Below, one piece after another: positions 33,733 through 45,253 of a DNA stretch of 64,000 bases (the stretch's first letter is position 1; every line of letters starts with the position of its first letter). This DNA is from the human T2T-CHM13v2.0 reference genome, Homo sapiens, in contig CP068257.2 of NCBI GenBank assembly GCA_009914755.4, positions 11,488,001-11,552,000 on the forward strand, read 5' to 3'. Made by a program: the position numbers and the translations under genes. The notes under the pieces were generated by a model. It was not told the DNA's origin. It saw only the letters and a program-made list of their open reading frames with translations, and did no database searches.

Positions 33733-34810
33733 TTTTATTTTAAGTTCACGAGTACAAGTGCAGGTTTGATACATTGGTAAATTTGTGTCTTGGGGGTTTA
33801 TTGTACAGATTATTTCATCACCCTGGTATTAAGCCTAATACCCATTAGTTATTTTTCCTGATCCTCTCCCTCTACCCTCTAGCCTGTGAAAAGCCCCATG
33901 GATGTTGTTACCCTCTGTGTCCATATGTGCTCATCATTTAGCTCCCACTTATAAGTGAGAACATGTGGTATTTGGTTTTCTGTCTCTGCATTTGTTGGCT
34001 AAGGATAATGGCCTCCAGCTCCATAATGTCCCTAAAAAGGACATGATCTCATTCTTTTTACGGCTGCATAGTATTCCATGATGAATATGTACCATATTTT
34101 CTTTATCCAGTCTATCACTGATGGGCATTTAGATTGATTCCATGTCTTTGCTTTGTGAATAGTACTGCAATGAAGATATGAATGCATGTGTCTTTATAAT
34201 AGAGTAATTTATATTCCTTTGGGTATTGATAAGGTTTGGCTGTTACCCCACCCAAACCTCATCTTGAATTATAGCTCCCGTAATTCCCGTGTGTCATGAG
34301 AGGGACCCAGTGGGAGATAATTGAATCATGGGGGCAGGTCTTTCCCATGCTGTTCTCCTGATAGTGAATAGATCTCATGAGATCCGATGGTTTTATAAAT
34401 GGGAGTTGCCCTGCACAAGTTAACAAGTTCTCTCTTGCCTGCCTCCATGTAAGATGTGACTTTGATCCTCATTCTCTTTCTGCCATGATTGTGAGGCCTC
34501 CCCAGCCATGTGGAACTGTGAGTCCATTAAACCTCTTTTCTTTATAATTTACCCAGTCTCAGATACATCTTTATTAACAGCATAAGAACAGACTAGTACA
34601 GGTAATGGGATTACTGGGTTGAGTGGTATTCCTTTCTTTAGGTCTTTGAAGAATCACCACCCTGTCTTCCACAATGGATGAACTAATTTACACTCCCATC
34701 AACTGTGTATAAGCATCCCTTTTTCTCTACAACTTTGCCAGCGTCTTTCATTTTTTTATTTTTGATAATAGCCATTCTGACTGGTGTTAGTATCTCATTG
34801 TGGTTTTGAT
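33733..34810 (-). mobile_element. Older LINE-1 3' region (L1PA/L1PB-like), minus orientation, interrupted by a THE1 LTR at 34227-34600
   Basis: Reverse-complement L1 3' motifs: 'cccacttataagtgagaacatgtggtatttggttttctgt', 'ggataatggcctccagctccataatgtccctaaaaaggacatgatctcattctttttacggctgcatagtattccatgatgaatatgtaccatattttctttatccagtctatcactgatgggcatttagattgattccatgtctttgctttgtgaatagtactgcaatgaagatatgaatgcatgtgtctttataatagagtaatttatattcctttgggtat'. After the LTR it resumes: 'ggtaatgggattactgggttgagtggtattcctttctttaggtctttgaagaatcaccaccctgtcttccacaatggatgaactaatttacactcccatcaactgtgtataag...ctcattgtggttttgatttgcatttctc'. Confidence 0.85.
34227..34600 (+). mobile_element. THE1-family (MaLR) solo LTR inserted into an L1, plus orientation
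   Basis: 'tgataaggtttggctgttaccccacccaaacctcatcttgaattatagctcccgtaattcccgtgtgtcatgagagggacccagtgggagataattgaatcatgggggcaggtctttcccatgctgttctcctgatagtgaatagatctcatgagatccgatggttttataaatgggagttgccctgcacaag...ctgccatgattgtgaggcctccccagccatgtggaactgtgagtccattaaacctcttttctttataatttacccagtctcagatacatctttattaacagcataagaacagactagtaca'. Confidence 0.9.
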
Positions 34811-35239
34811 TTGCATTTCTCAGAGTCTAAAATCTAGAATTAAAACTTTTAACTTGGTGAGCCTATGTTGAATGACTACAGAGAACCTAGATAAGCAATT
34901 TTCGTTTGCATTTTATCCAAAACAGGTGGCAAGAAGAAAAGTTTAAGAATTTCAAGTGGCTTGATTGGACTCTTCTTCATGGTCGCTGAGTCAAGGACCT
35001 TCTCTTCTAGTGAATTTAAGGGTTTTGTGGAACACTAGTCTTTCTTTATGAACTCTGTCCTCTTTTCTCATACAATTTATCTTTTCCACATATGGATGGA
35101 ATAAAACTGCAGAAAATATAATGAAATGGATAACCATATATTTTTTAAAATAGAAATTTTTGAGTATTGACATTCAAGGTTTTAATTCTAGATTTAAAAA
35201 TACATTTTATTTACACACTCATCAGTTAATGGATGCTTG

Positions 35240-37700
35240 AATTATTTTCACTTTTGGTCTATTATGAATAATGCTACTATGAACATTAATGTATAAGTAT
35301 TTGTGTGAACAAATAGAACAGACATGGTCAGTTCTCTTGGGTATATTCCTACAAGTAGAATTTCTGGGTCATATGGCAGCTCTATGTTTGATTTTATGCA
35401 GAATTTCTAAACTGTTTTTCAAAGAAACTGTTTTACATTCTGAGAAGCAATGTATGAGAGTTCTAATTCTTTTACATCCTCAGCAACACTTGTTATTATC
35501 TGTCTTTTTTATTATAGTTATTCTGGTATTTGTGAAGTTTCATCTCATTATGATTGTGATTTGCATTTCCCTAATGGCTAATAACAGTCAGCATATTTTC
35601 ATGTGCCTATTGGCCATTTGTATATCTTCCTTGGCATAAAGTCTTTCAAATTACTTGCTCATTTTTTAATTGAGTTATTTGTCTTTTGATTTTTTAGTTG
35701 CAACAGTTCTTTATATATTATGCATAAGTCCTTGTCAGACATACAATATGAAAATATTTTGGTTCCTGCTATACATTGGTTTTCCCCTTTATAAGTGGTG
35801 TATTTTGTAGATCAAAAGCCTTTAATTTTAATGAAGTCCAATTTAACAATATTTTTCTCGTGTTGCTTGTGTTTTAAGTGTCATATTTTTTGTTAAGTGT
35901 CATAGGTTTTTTAATATGAATGAGTGTTGGATTTTCTCCAAAGATTTTCCTACAACTATTGTCATGATAATCCTTTTTGATCCTTTATTTTATTAATATA
36001 CATATTTTATTAATTGATTTTCCATTGTTGAAGCATATTTGTGTATCTGGGATAAATCCTACTTGGTCATGTTGTGTAATCCTATTTAAAGTTATTGGGT
36101 TTAGTTTGCTAGTATTTGATTGAGGATTTTTTTTCTTTGCTTTGTATTTATAAGGAATATCAGAATTTTTTTCAATATTTATTTTAGATTCATGGGGCAT
36201 ATGTGCTGCTTTGTTACTTGGATATATTGTCTGATGCTAAGGTTTGGGGTATAAGTGATCCCATTTACCAAGGTACTAAACATAGTACACAAAAGCAGGT
36301 TTTTCAACCCTTGCCTCTACTCCTCCTTCACTCCACCTGCTAGCTGTACCCAGTGTCTATTGTTGCCATCTTTATGTTTATGAGTACCTAATATTTAGCT
36401 CCAATTTATAATTGAGAAAAGACTGTATTTAGTTTTCTGTTACTGCATTAATCTGCTTAGGATAATGGCCTCCAGCTACATCTGTGTTGCTGCAAAGGAC
36501 ATGATTTTGTTCTTTTTATGGCTGTGTAGTGTTCCATCATGTATATTTGCCATGTTTTCTTTATCCATTCCACCATTAATGGGCACCTAGGTTGATTTCA
36601 TGGCTGCTATTGTGAATAGGACTGCGAGGCACATATGAGAGCCTATGTATTCTTGCTAAAACAATTTGTTTTCTTTTAGATACATAACCAGTAATGGGAT
36701 TGCTGGGTCAAATTGTAGTTCCCTTTTAAAGTCTTTAAAAAATCTCCAAACTACTTTCCATAGTGGCTGAACTAATTTAGATTTCCACTGAAAGTGTTCA
36801 AGCATTCCCTTTTCTCCATAGCCTTGCCAGCATCTGTTATTTTTTGATGTTTTAATAATATCCATTCTGACTGATGTGAGATGGAACCTCATTGCAGTGA
36901 TTTGCATTTCTCTGATGATTAGTGATGTGGATAATTTTTTATATGTTTGCAAACCACTTTTATGTCTTCTTCTGAGAGGTGTCTATTCATGTCTTTTGTT
37001 CACTTGTATTCATGTTATTTGTCTTATGCTTATTAATTTGTTTAATTTTCTTATAGATTTGGGGTATTGGGACCTTTATTGGAAGTGTAGTTTGTGAGTA
37101 TTTTATCTCATTCTGTAGGTTGCCTGTTTTCTCTGTTGATAATTTCTTTTGCTGTGTAGAGCTCTTTAATTTAATTAGATCCCACTTGTCAATTTTTGTT
37201 TTGGTTGCAATTGCTTTTGAGGACTTAGTCATAAATTATTTCCCAAGGCCAATGTCCAGAATGGCGTTTCCTAGGATTCTTGTAGTTTGAGGTCTTGTGT
37301 TTAAATCTTTAATCCAACCTCAGTTAATTTTTTTATATGGTGAAAGGTGGGGTTGAGTTTCATTCTTCTACATATGGCTACCCAACTAGCCCACACTGTT
37401 TATTGAATACGGAGTAGTCTTTTCCCTGTTGGTTATTTTTCTTAACTTTGTTAAAGATCAGATATCTGTAGGTGTGCAGCTTTATTTCTGGGTTCTCTGT
37501 TCTGTTCCATTGGTCTATGTGTCTGTTTTTGTACCAGTACCATGCTGTTCTGGCACCAGTACCATGCTATTTTGGTTACCGTCACCTGATAGTATATTTG
37601 GAAGTCAGCAAACATGATGCCTCTGGCTTTGTTCTTTGTGATTAAGATTACTTTGGCTATTTTGGCTGTTTGGAGTTTCATATGAATTATTAAATAGTTT
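35240..37700 (-). mobile_element. Old LINE-1 (L1M/L1P-type) ORF2 and 3' region fragments, minus orientation (composite)
   Basis: Minus-sense L1 motifs: 'gtgaagtttcatctcattatgattgtgatttgcatttccctaatggctaataacagtcagcatattttcatgtgcctattggccatttgtatatcttccttggcataaagtctttcaaattacttgctcattttttaattgagttatttgtcttttgatttttt'. Later: 'ggataatggcctccagctacatctgtgttgctgcaaaggacatgattttgttctttttatggctgtgtagtgttccatcatgtatatttgccatgttttctttatccattccaccattaatgggcacctaggttgatttcatggctgctattgtgaatagg', 'ccagtaatgggattgctgggtcaaattgtagttc', 'gatggaacctcattgcagtgatttgcatttctctgatgattagtgatgtggataattttttatatgtttg', 'ctgtaggttgcctgttttctctgttgataatttcttttgctgtgtagagctctttaatttaattagatcccacttgtc', 'cccacactgtttattgaatacggagtagtcttttccctgttggttatttttcttaactttgttaaagatcagatatctgtaggtgtgc...ccattggtctatgtgtctgtttttgtaccagtaccatgctgttctgg'. 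The minus-strand ORF relics 36656-36952 and 37451-37858 match ORF2 ('REMQITAMRFHLTSVRMDIIKTSKNNRCWQGYGEKGMLEH', '[19 protein letters not shown]'). Confidence 0.8.
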
Positions 37701-37709
37701 TTTTCTGGT

Positions 37710-39570
37710 TTTATAGAAAAAAAACAACATGGTAGTTTGGAACTTCCTAGAGACTTATTGAATGGCTCTGACCAAAATACTGATAGTGATATGGACAATA
37801 AAGTCCAGGCTGAAGTGGTCTCAGATGGAGATGAGGAACTTGTTGGGAACTGAAGCAAAGGTGACTCTTGTTATACTTTAGCAAAGAGACTGGCAGCATT
37901 TTTCCCCTGCCCTAAAGATTTGTGGAACTTTGAACTTGAGAGAGATGATTTAGGGCATCTGGTGCAATAAATTTCTAAGGAGCAAAGCATTCAAGAAGTG
38001 ACTTGGGTACTGTTAAAAACATTCAGTTTCATTTATTCAGAAAGGTATGGTTTGGAGTTGAAATTTATGTTTAAAAGGGAAGCAGATCATACAAGTTTGG
38101 TAAATTTGTAGCCTGATGATGTGATAGAAAAGAAAAACCCATTTTCTGAGGAGAAATTCAAGCTGGCTGCAGAAATTTGCATAAACAATAAGGAGTCAAA
38201 TGTTAATCATGAAGACAATGGGGAAAATATCTCCAGGGCATGTCAGAGGTCTTTATGGCAGCCCCTCCCATCACAGGCCCAGAGGCCTAGGAGGAAAAAT
38301 GGCTTCATAGGTTGGGTCCAGGGCCTTGCTGCTTTGAGCACTCTCCAAACTTGCTCCCCTGCATCCCAGCTGTGGCTAAGAGGAGCCAGTGTATAGATCA
38401 GGTCATTGCTTCAGAGGGTGAAAGTCTCAAGTCTTGGCAGCTTACATGTGGCATTGGGCCTCCAGGTACACAGAAATCAAGAATTGAGGTATGAGAACCT
38501 CCACATAGATTTCAGAGAATTTGTGGAAATGTCTGGATGTCCAGGCAGAGGTGTGCTGCAAGGGGCAGAGTCCTCATGGAAAACTTCTGTTAGCACAGAG
38601 TGGAAGGGAATTGTGGAGTCAAGCACCCTCTGGGGCACTGCCTGGTGGAGCTGTGAGAAGAGGGCCACCATCGTCCAGACTCCAGAATGGTAGATCCACT
38701 GACAACATGCACCATGCACCTGGAAAAGCTGCAGACACTCAATGCCAGCTCATGAAAGCAGCCAGAAAGGGAGCTGTACCCTGTAAAGACACAGAGGCAG
38801 AGCTGCCCAAGGTCATGGGCGCCTACTTCTTGCATCAGTGAGACCTCGATGTGAGACATGAAGACAAAGGGGATCATTTTGGAGCTTTAAGATTTGACTG
38901 CTCTGCTGGATTTTGGATTTCTATGGGGCCTGTAGCCTCTTCATTTTGCCAATTTTTCCCATCTGGAATGGCTGTATTTACGCAATGCCTGTATCTCCAT
39001 TGTATCTAGGAAGTAACTAACTTGCTTTTGATTTTACAGGCTCATAGGCAGAAGGGACTTGCCTTGTCTTAGATGAGACTTTGGACTGTGGACTTTTGAG
39101 TTAATGCTGAAATGAGTTAAGATTTTGGAGGACTGTTGGGAAAGCATGATTGGTTTTGAAATGTGAGGATATGAGATTTGGGAGGGGCCATGGGTGGAAT
39201 GATATGATTTGCCTGTGTCCCCACTCAGATCTCATCCAGAATTTTAGCTCTCACAATCCCCATGTGTTGTGGGAGGAACCCAGTGGGAGGTAATTGAATC
39301 ATGGAGGTGGGTCTTTCCCATGCTGTTCTTGTGATAGTAAATAAGTCTCATGACTCATGAGGTCTGATGGTTTGATAAAGGGGAGTTCCCCTGCACACAC
39401 TCTTTCTTGCCTGCTGCCACGTAAGACGTGTTTGCTTCTCCTTTGCTTTCCACCATGATTGTGAGGCCTCCCCAGCCATGTGGATCTGTGAGTCAATTAA
39501 ACCTCTTACCTTTATAAATTACCCAGTCCCAAGTATGTCTTTATTAGCAGCCTGAGAACAGACTAATACA
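37710..39570 (+). mobile_element. THE1 (MaLR) internal region plus 3' LTR (LTR at ~39200-39570), plus orientation; 5' LTR not contiguous
   Basis: THE1-int motifs: 'gtggaactttgaacttgagagagatgatttagggcatctggtgcaataaatttctaaggagcaaagcattcaagaagtgacttggg', 'ccattttctgaggagaaattcaagctggctgcagaaatttgcataaacaataaggagtcaaatgttaatcatgaagacaatggggaaaatatctccagggcatgtcagagg', 'gaaatcaagaattgaggtatgagaacctccacatagatttcagag', 'gagatcattttggagctttaagatttgactgctctgctggattttggatttctatggggcctgtagcctcttcattttgccaatttttcccatctggaatggctgtatttacgcaatgcctgtatctccattgtatctaggaagtaactaacttgcttttgattttacaggctcataggcagaagggacttgccttgtcttagatgagactttggactgtggacttttgagttaatgctgaaatgagttaagattttggaggactgttgggaaagcatgattggttttgaaatgtgaggatatgagatttgggaggggccatgggtggaatgatatgatttgcctgtgtccccactcagatctcatcc'. 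Then the LTR: '...gggaggtaattgaatcatggaggtgggtctttcccatgctgttcttgtgatagtaaataagtctcatgactcatgaggtctgatggtttgataaaggggagttcccctgcacac...ccatgattgtgaggcctccccagccatgtggatctgtgagtcaattaaacctcttacctttataaattacccagtcccaagtatgtctttattagcagcctgagaacagactaataca'. Confidence 0.85.
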
Positions 39571-39639
39571 ACAGGATTGTGGGAAGTTCTCCAGGCATTC
39601 AGAGCACCCACCTTCCTGAATTAGGAGTAGGGAAACCAA

Positions 39640-40330
39640 CTGCACCAAGATCTCTGCACAGAAGAGGTGGGGTGATTCAGGCTGCTGAACCAGGCAAGCA
39701 GAAGCTTGGAATGCCTGGAGATCTACCTGAGCATGTAGCAGCAAAGGCCCCTGCACCAAGACCTCTACCCAGGAAGAGTGGGGCATATCAAGCTGCTGAT
39801 CCAGGCAAGTTGGTGCTCTGAATGTCTGGAGGTCTGCCTGAGTGTGGAGTAGAGAGGGCCATTCTGTACCATCATCTACGTCCAGGAAGGTTGGGTGGCT
39901 CCGGCTGCTGAACCAGAAGAACAGGTGCTTTAACTGCCTGGAGATCTGCCCAGGCATGAAGTAGAGAAGGCCTCCCTGCACCAGTAGCTCAACAGAAAGA
40001 ATAGTGGTGAGTCAGGCTGCTGATTCAAGTGAGTAAATGTCTGGAGGCCTGCCTGGGTATGGAGCAGAGAAAGCCCTACTGCACCAGGATCTCTGTACAG
40101 GAAGGGTGGAGCAGGTTAAGCTCTGAACCCAGTGAACAGATGCTCCTAATGCCTGGAGATCTGCCTTGGCATAAAGTGTAGGGGGCTGCTCTGCACCACA
40201 ATCTATGTTCATGAAGAGTTGAGTGACTAAGGCTGCTAGTCCAGGAAAGCGGCTGCGCCAAATGCCTGAATTTTTGCCTGGGGTTTGAGCAGAAGACCTC
40301 ACTGCACTATTATCTTGGTAGAGCAGATGG
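39640..40330. repeat. Diverged tandem array, ~111-bp unit x about 6 copies (origin unassigned)
   Basis: Unit starts are at 39640, 39751, 39864, 39976, 40079, 40190 and 40302 (periods 111/113/112/103/111/112). Each unit begins 'ctgcacca(a/g)(g/t)a(t/c)ctct(g/a)cacaggaag(a/g)gtgg(g/a)g...ggctgctga(a/t)(c/t)caggcaag...tgcctggagatctgcc(t/c)(g/a)(a/g)gcat(g/a)(t/a)agtagag' and ends '...aaggccc'. Confidence 0.8.
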
Positions 40331-41039
40331 AGACATCTAGAAATGGCACACACAGACCAATTCCAGGTCACTAGGCTGGCCTTGGCTGCAAATCTCACCA
40401 CCCAGAAGAAACTGCAGCTGTAGCAGCACTCCTCCTGCCCCAGGCTTGTGACAAGGGAAAGCACAATTTCAGTGTCTGCTCTGGATGTGCTTTCCATAGC
40501 TCTCGTTGTGGAGGCCCTTATCCCACTCTAGAGCAGGCCCCCCCAATCTCTGCCTCAAGAATAAAATTCCTGAGTGGTCATGCTGCCAAGTTGCCAAAGA
40601 ATGCCTGACTTTGTATGCCTGGATTAAAAATGGTATGCTGTTCTTTGTCCCAGGTCTGGGAAAATGTCTGCAGCTTTTCCCAGTGTCTTTCCCTCACAAC
40701 ATCTCCAAGCCTCTCTCCATGCTGGCTCTAGGGCTTGGGAGAAAGACAGTGCTGTTTCTCGACCTGGATCCCTTGAGTTCCCACTGGAAAAATGAGTCAC
40801 ATAGGGAGGCTCTCTGCTTCTCTCATATCCTCCTGGAGCTTCAGTCATGTTTACCAGACAGATACCATCATACGGACTGTCTGTCAGTGTTCTTTCTCCT
40901 CCACAGGATCTGGAGTGCCCTTCACAATTCTGATGGTTTCCCAGTTTCTTCTTGAACTAAAGCTCACAGAGTTGAACTTTATGCACTATCTTACTACTTC
41001 CAAGTGGCTGAGGCATCATAAAAGCTTCTAATCTGCCAC

Positions 41040-43500
41040 CTTGGGAAAAACAAATAGGGATTCTTAATTTGTTTTACTTGTGACATATTTGTCTGGTTTT
41101 ACTAGTCTTATAAAAAGACTTGGAAAATAATCCCTCCTTTTCTATTTTTTGAGTGTGTTTGTGAAGAATTAGTGTAAACTCTTCTAAACATTTGGTAGAA
41201 TGTATCAGTAAAGCCATCTATTCTAGGGATTATGTGTGTATTGGTGGAGGGAAATTTTATATTGCCTACTTTATTTCTTCCTTCATGTATTTTGGGATTC
41301 TCTTGACAGGTGCATATGTGCTTATTGTTATGTTTTCTTGATGTATTAATCCTTTCTATCATTGTAAAATGCTCTTTCTCGCTAATCACAATTTATCTCT
41401 TGAAGTTTGTTTTGTGTGTTATTATGACCAGGTCTCTCTTGATTACTGTTTGAATGATTTATCTTAATTCAGTCATTTGTATTCAAACTGTTTGTGTCTT
41501 TGAATATAAAGTGTGTCTGCTGACTAAAACAGATAGTTGGATTATGTTTTTTTCTAAACCCATCTGCAAACTCTATTTTAAATGGAGTTTTTAATCTACG
41601 TACATTTAATGTAATTACTGATATATAGAATTTATGTTTGCCAGTTTACCAGTTGTTTTCTATATGTCTTCTGCTTTTTTATTTCTCTATTTTTCTAAGA
41701 TTGCCTTTTCTTTAGTGAATAGATATTTTTAATGCACTGTATTAATCCCCTTATCACTGGTTTTATTATATTTTGTAAGTTATTTTCTTAGGGTTGCCTG
41801 ATGGGCTACAAGTAGTATCTTAATTTTTGAAAATCTAGTTAGATTTACTATCAACTTAATTTTAATAGCATACAAAAATTTTGATTCTAAATAGCATTGT
41901 TCTCTCCTTCTTCCTTTGTTGTATTACCATACATATTACATCTTCATTCATTGTATGCCAATCAGTACATTACTTATAACCATTGCTTTATGCAGTTTAT
42001 TTTTGAATCAGGTAGGAGAAAAGAAAATAGTTACAAAAAATACATTTACATTCTCTTTCATATGTTTCTAATTTTTGCTTTTTCTATTGTTCTGCATTTG
42101 TTTATATGGACTCTAGATATTGTCAAGTGTAATTTTATTTCATATTGAAATACCTCTTTTAATATTTCTTGCATGGAAACTTTGCTAGTAAGAGATTCTG
42201 TCAGTTTTGGTTTCAGAGAATAAGTGAGAATATTTTCACTTCTTTTTCATTTTTGAAGTATAGTTTTGTTGGTTATGAAATTATTCGTTGATAATCATTT
42301 ACTTTCAAAACTTTAAAAATGTCATCTCACTGCCTCTGGTTTCCATGGTTTCTAATGAAAATTCAGTGAAAAATTATTCAGACTCTTTTGCACATGATGA
42401 GTTGCTCCTCTCTTGTTGTTTTCAAGATTCTTTCTTTGTCATTTTCTTTTGATTGTTTAATTATAATTTTTTAAAAATGTGAATCTCTTTGAGTTTATGC
42501 TACTTGGGAGTCATAGATCTTCTTGGATGTGCAAGTTAATATTCTTTGTCAAGTTTTGGAAGTTTTTAAGTATGTTTTGTATTGTTCTTCACTTATTTTT
42601 ATGCCCCATTTCTCTTCTGTTCCCTCTCCTTTTGGGACTTCCATTATACATATTTTGCTATGCTTGATGGTATCTCTGAGTCTGTTTGTCTTTATTTCTT
42701 TTTCCTTCTGTTTCTTGCATTAGATAATCTCATTGATCTATATTTAAGTTAGCTAACTCTTTTCCCTGCTTTCTAAAATCTGCTGTTAAGTCAGATTTAT
42801 ATTTATACAATTGCTTATTAGTATTATTTATTTGGTGAGACATTTATTCTCAAATGTTCCTTTAGCTTTTTGGAAATAGCTTATTTTAGTTATTAAACAA
42901 ATTTTTATCATGGTGAATTTAAAAACCTTTGTCTACTAAGCCAAACACCTGAGCTTTCTCATGGACAGTTTTATTGATTGTGTGTTTTTCCTGTGTGTGA
43001 GCCATATTGTCTTACTTTTTGTATGCCTTATAAGTTTTTGTTGAAAACTGAACATTTTAAATAATAAAAATGTGACAACTCTGGAAATTATATTTTACTC
43101 CCTTCAAATTTTGTTGATTTTGCTGTTTGTTTTTGTTGTCATTTGTTTCTTTAGTGACTTTTCTGAACTAATTGTTTAAAGTTTTTGTTTTTTATCGTGT
43201 TTGAACACTGAAGTCTCTGTTTGCTTAACTTAGTAGTCAGTGAAAGAATAGACAGAAATTTCATTGAAGACCTGGAACCCGTAACTCTTCCGGTCTCTGC
43301 TGAGTGGCTCTGTGTGCATTTCAGGGCACACTTTTAACACCCAGCCGGTTGGTTGACAACTCTGCCTTAGTCTTCACATTCTGCTTTCCCATAGCTTCAT
43401 GGTCATCTGGAGGTGAAAGCTTAGGGCCTTCTCATATTTTCCTTGAGAATAAGCATTGTGCTTAGAATGTGCACAATCATACGTGTGTGACCTTTTATAG
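41040..43500 (-). mobile_element. Old LINE-1 (L1M-type) 5'-half fragments, minus orientation (boundaries uncertain)
   Basis: Minus-sense L1M-like motifs: 'ttttttgagtgtgtttgtgaagaattagtgtaaactcttctaaacatttggtagaatgtatcagtaaagccatctattctagggatt' (the consensus there reads '...gaaggattggtgttaattcttctttaaatgtttggtagaattcaccagtgaagccatctggtcctgg'). AT-rich, T-biased sequence with the typical 'tttgaatataaagtgtgtctgctg', 'tctcattgatctatatttaagttagctaactcttttccctgc' style. No intact ORFs. Confidence 0.5.
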
Positions 43501-45126
43501 TGCCAGTAATATGTCAGAAGTCTTCAAAACTCCTATTTATATTTCCTAGCTTTTTAAGTTTTCCAGCTACCATATTATTTGCCCTAACTGTTATCTACCA
43601 CTTTAGTCTACCATGATTTAAAAAAGTTGCCTTTCAATGTTTTCAATAAGTATGCTAGTTAAAAAGACTTTCATGGGCCAGTTACAAATGAGGTCAAATA
43701 AAGACAGTTTTATAAGTGGTATCTTGCAGTAAGCCACGTTCCAGGTCAAACAATAATTCTCAGGGAACTAAGCTGAAAGCTGCCAGATTGCTTGTAGTCA
43801 GCGATTGAGGGATATTTATTTTCAAGGTAACTGTATAACTTGAGAGCGGGTGATGAGAATAAGCAGCCTAAAATAACACAAAGCTTACAGTTCTTACCAT
43901 AATTTAACCTTTCTTTCTCTTTTGGTTTTTTGTTTATTAAATAAATTATTTTTAGATCCCTCAAAGCATTTGGCTAATTTCCAGAGTTTTAAAAGAGCTG
44001 ATTCTGATTATTTTTGCACATTTTTAATTGTTTATATGGAGGAGATAATTTGCATATGCCCTCACATCATCATTTGCATTGCTATCACTCTTCTTCTTCA
44101 TATTATGGTCAAATGTAATATCACTAGAAATAAAAATATTTTCATGAGCACTTGCTAAGATCAAGATTCAGTCTTAAACTTGACCTTTTCAGAAATGCTT
44201 TTCAATATTCAGAAGGTAGTGGTTCCTTCCTAAATAACACAACATAGCTGTAAACAATTGGATCTATTTCCTTTCCTCACCCATTTCATTCAACAAATGT
44301 CTTTTCCCTCAACTCCCTTATGTTTTAGAATTATCTGACTCCTGTGGTCATCTTCTTTCTGAGGGTTAGCAATCATTCAATAACTTCTAAGCATATAAGT
44401 TTTTAGAAATTCATTTACATGATGTATAGTAGGCACACCATTTTTCATGGAATTGAAACAGGATTCCTTTTTATCTCAAACCTACAGGTTGTTGGTAAGC
44501 ATGTAAGTGATACTTTTCACTTTGGCTACATCACACCATTCTAAATTCGTATCTTTTCAAGTGCTATTATTTCTGACATTTCAAGCTGTAAACCTAGAAA
44601 GGCAGTACTCAGATGTCCACTTTGTGGATTTTGTATTTTTCTACGTGATAGGCCTATGTAATAATATAGTTTTCCCTTTCAGACACTTCGAATAATTTAA
44701 AGCAAATTATTTTCATGGAAAACTGGTCCATGTTTGAGTCCTGAAGTGCTTACACTAGGAGGGAAGTAACCTTTTCAGATGAGTGTCTGTTTTACTACAT
44801 TTCCGCAAGAAACATCAAATTTCATATTTCACTATTTTTAAACTAGAGAAGCCTAGGAAATTGTTATTTTCCAAGAACAATATGATGCTGAATTTCCCCT
44901 TCTCCCTTCGCCAAACAGTGTGATAGAATTTTCAGTCATTCTCACAAGAATTAATAATTAATTATTCTATTACTGTTTCAAAGTAAAAATTCTCTGCCAC
45001 TATCTCCACAAAATTTGTCACTTTGCCACCACCAGCACTATGATGACTGAGAATAATCAGGGCAAAATTTGATTCCTATAATGTTAATAGAAGCCGACTA
45101 AATGGACATCATTTATTTGGTAAGTG

Positions 45127-45253
45127 TTAGAGTGTAAGCTCCACGTAGACAGTTTTTTATCTGTTTTTTTTCAGTGTCAGATACCAAGATTTGAGCACAG
45201 TTTCTGATGTATACTCAGTGCTAAATAGCATGTTGAATGAAGGGATGAATGAC
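45127..45253 (+). mobile_element. MIR SINE 3' half
   Basis: 'agagtgtaagctccacgtagacagttttttatctgtttttttt...cagtttctgatgtatactcagtgctaaatagcatgttgaatgaagggatgaatgac'. The MIR consensus is '...ttagattgtaagctccttgagggcagggactgtgtcttatt...gcctggcacatagtaggcgctcaataaatgtttgttgaatgaatgaatga'. Confidence 0.6.

Noticed and set aside
39575-40330. Considered whether the regular ~111-bp array could be a CRISPR-like repeat-spacer structure
   Set aside because: The units are long and diverged (75-85% identity), with no short conserved repeats separated by unique spacers. The context is unambiguously primate (Alu, L1, THE1), where CRISPR does not occur.
40012-40955. 161-aa minus and 149-aa plus ORFs adjacent to or overlapping the 111-bp tandem array
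   Set aside because: They are open only because the region is GC-moderate repeat sequence. The products are low-complexity, with no recognisable domain, and frames change between repeat units.
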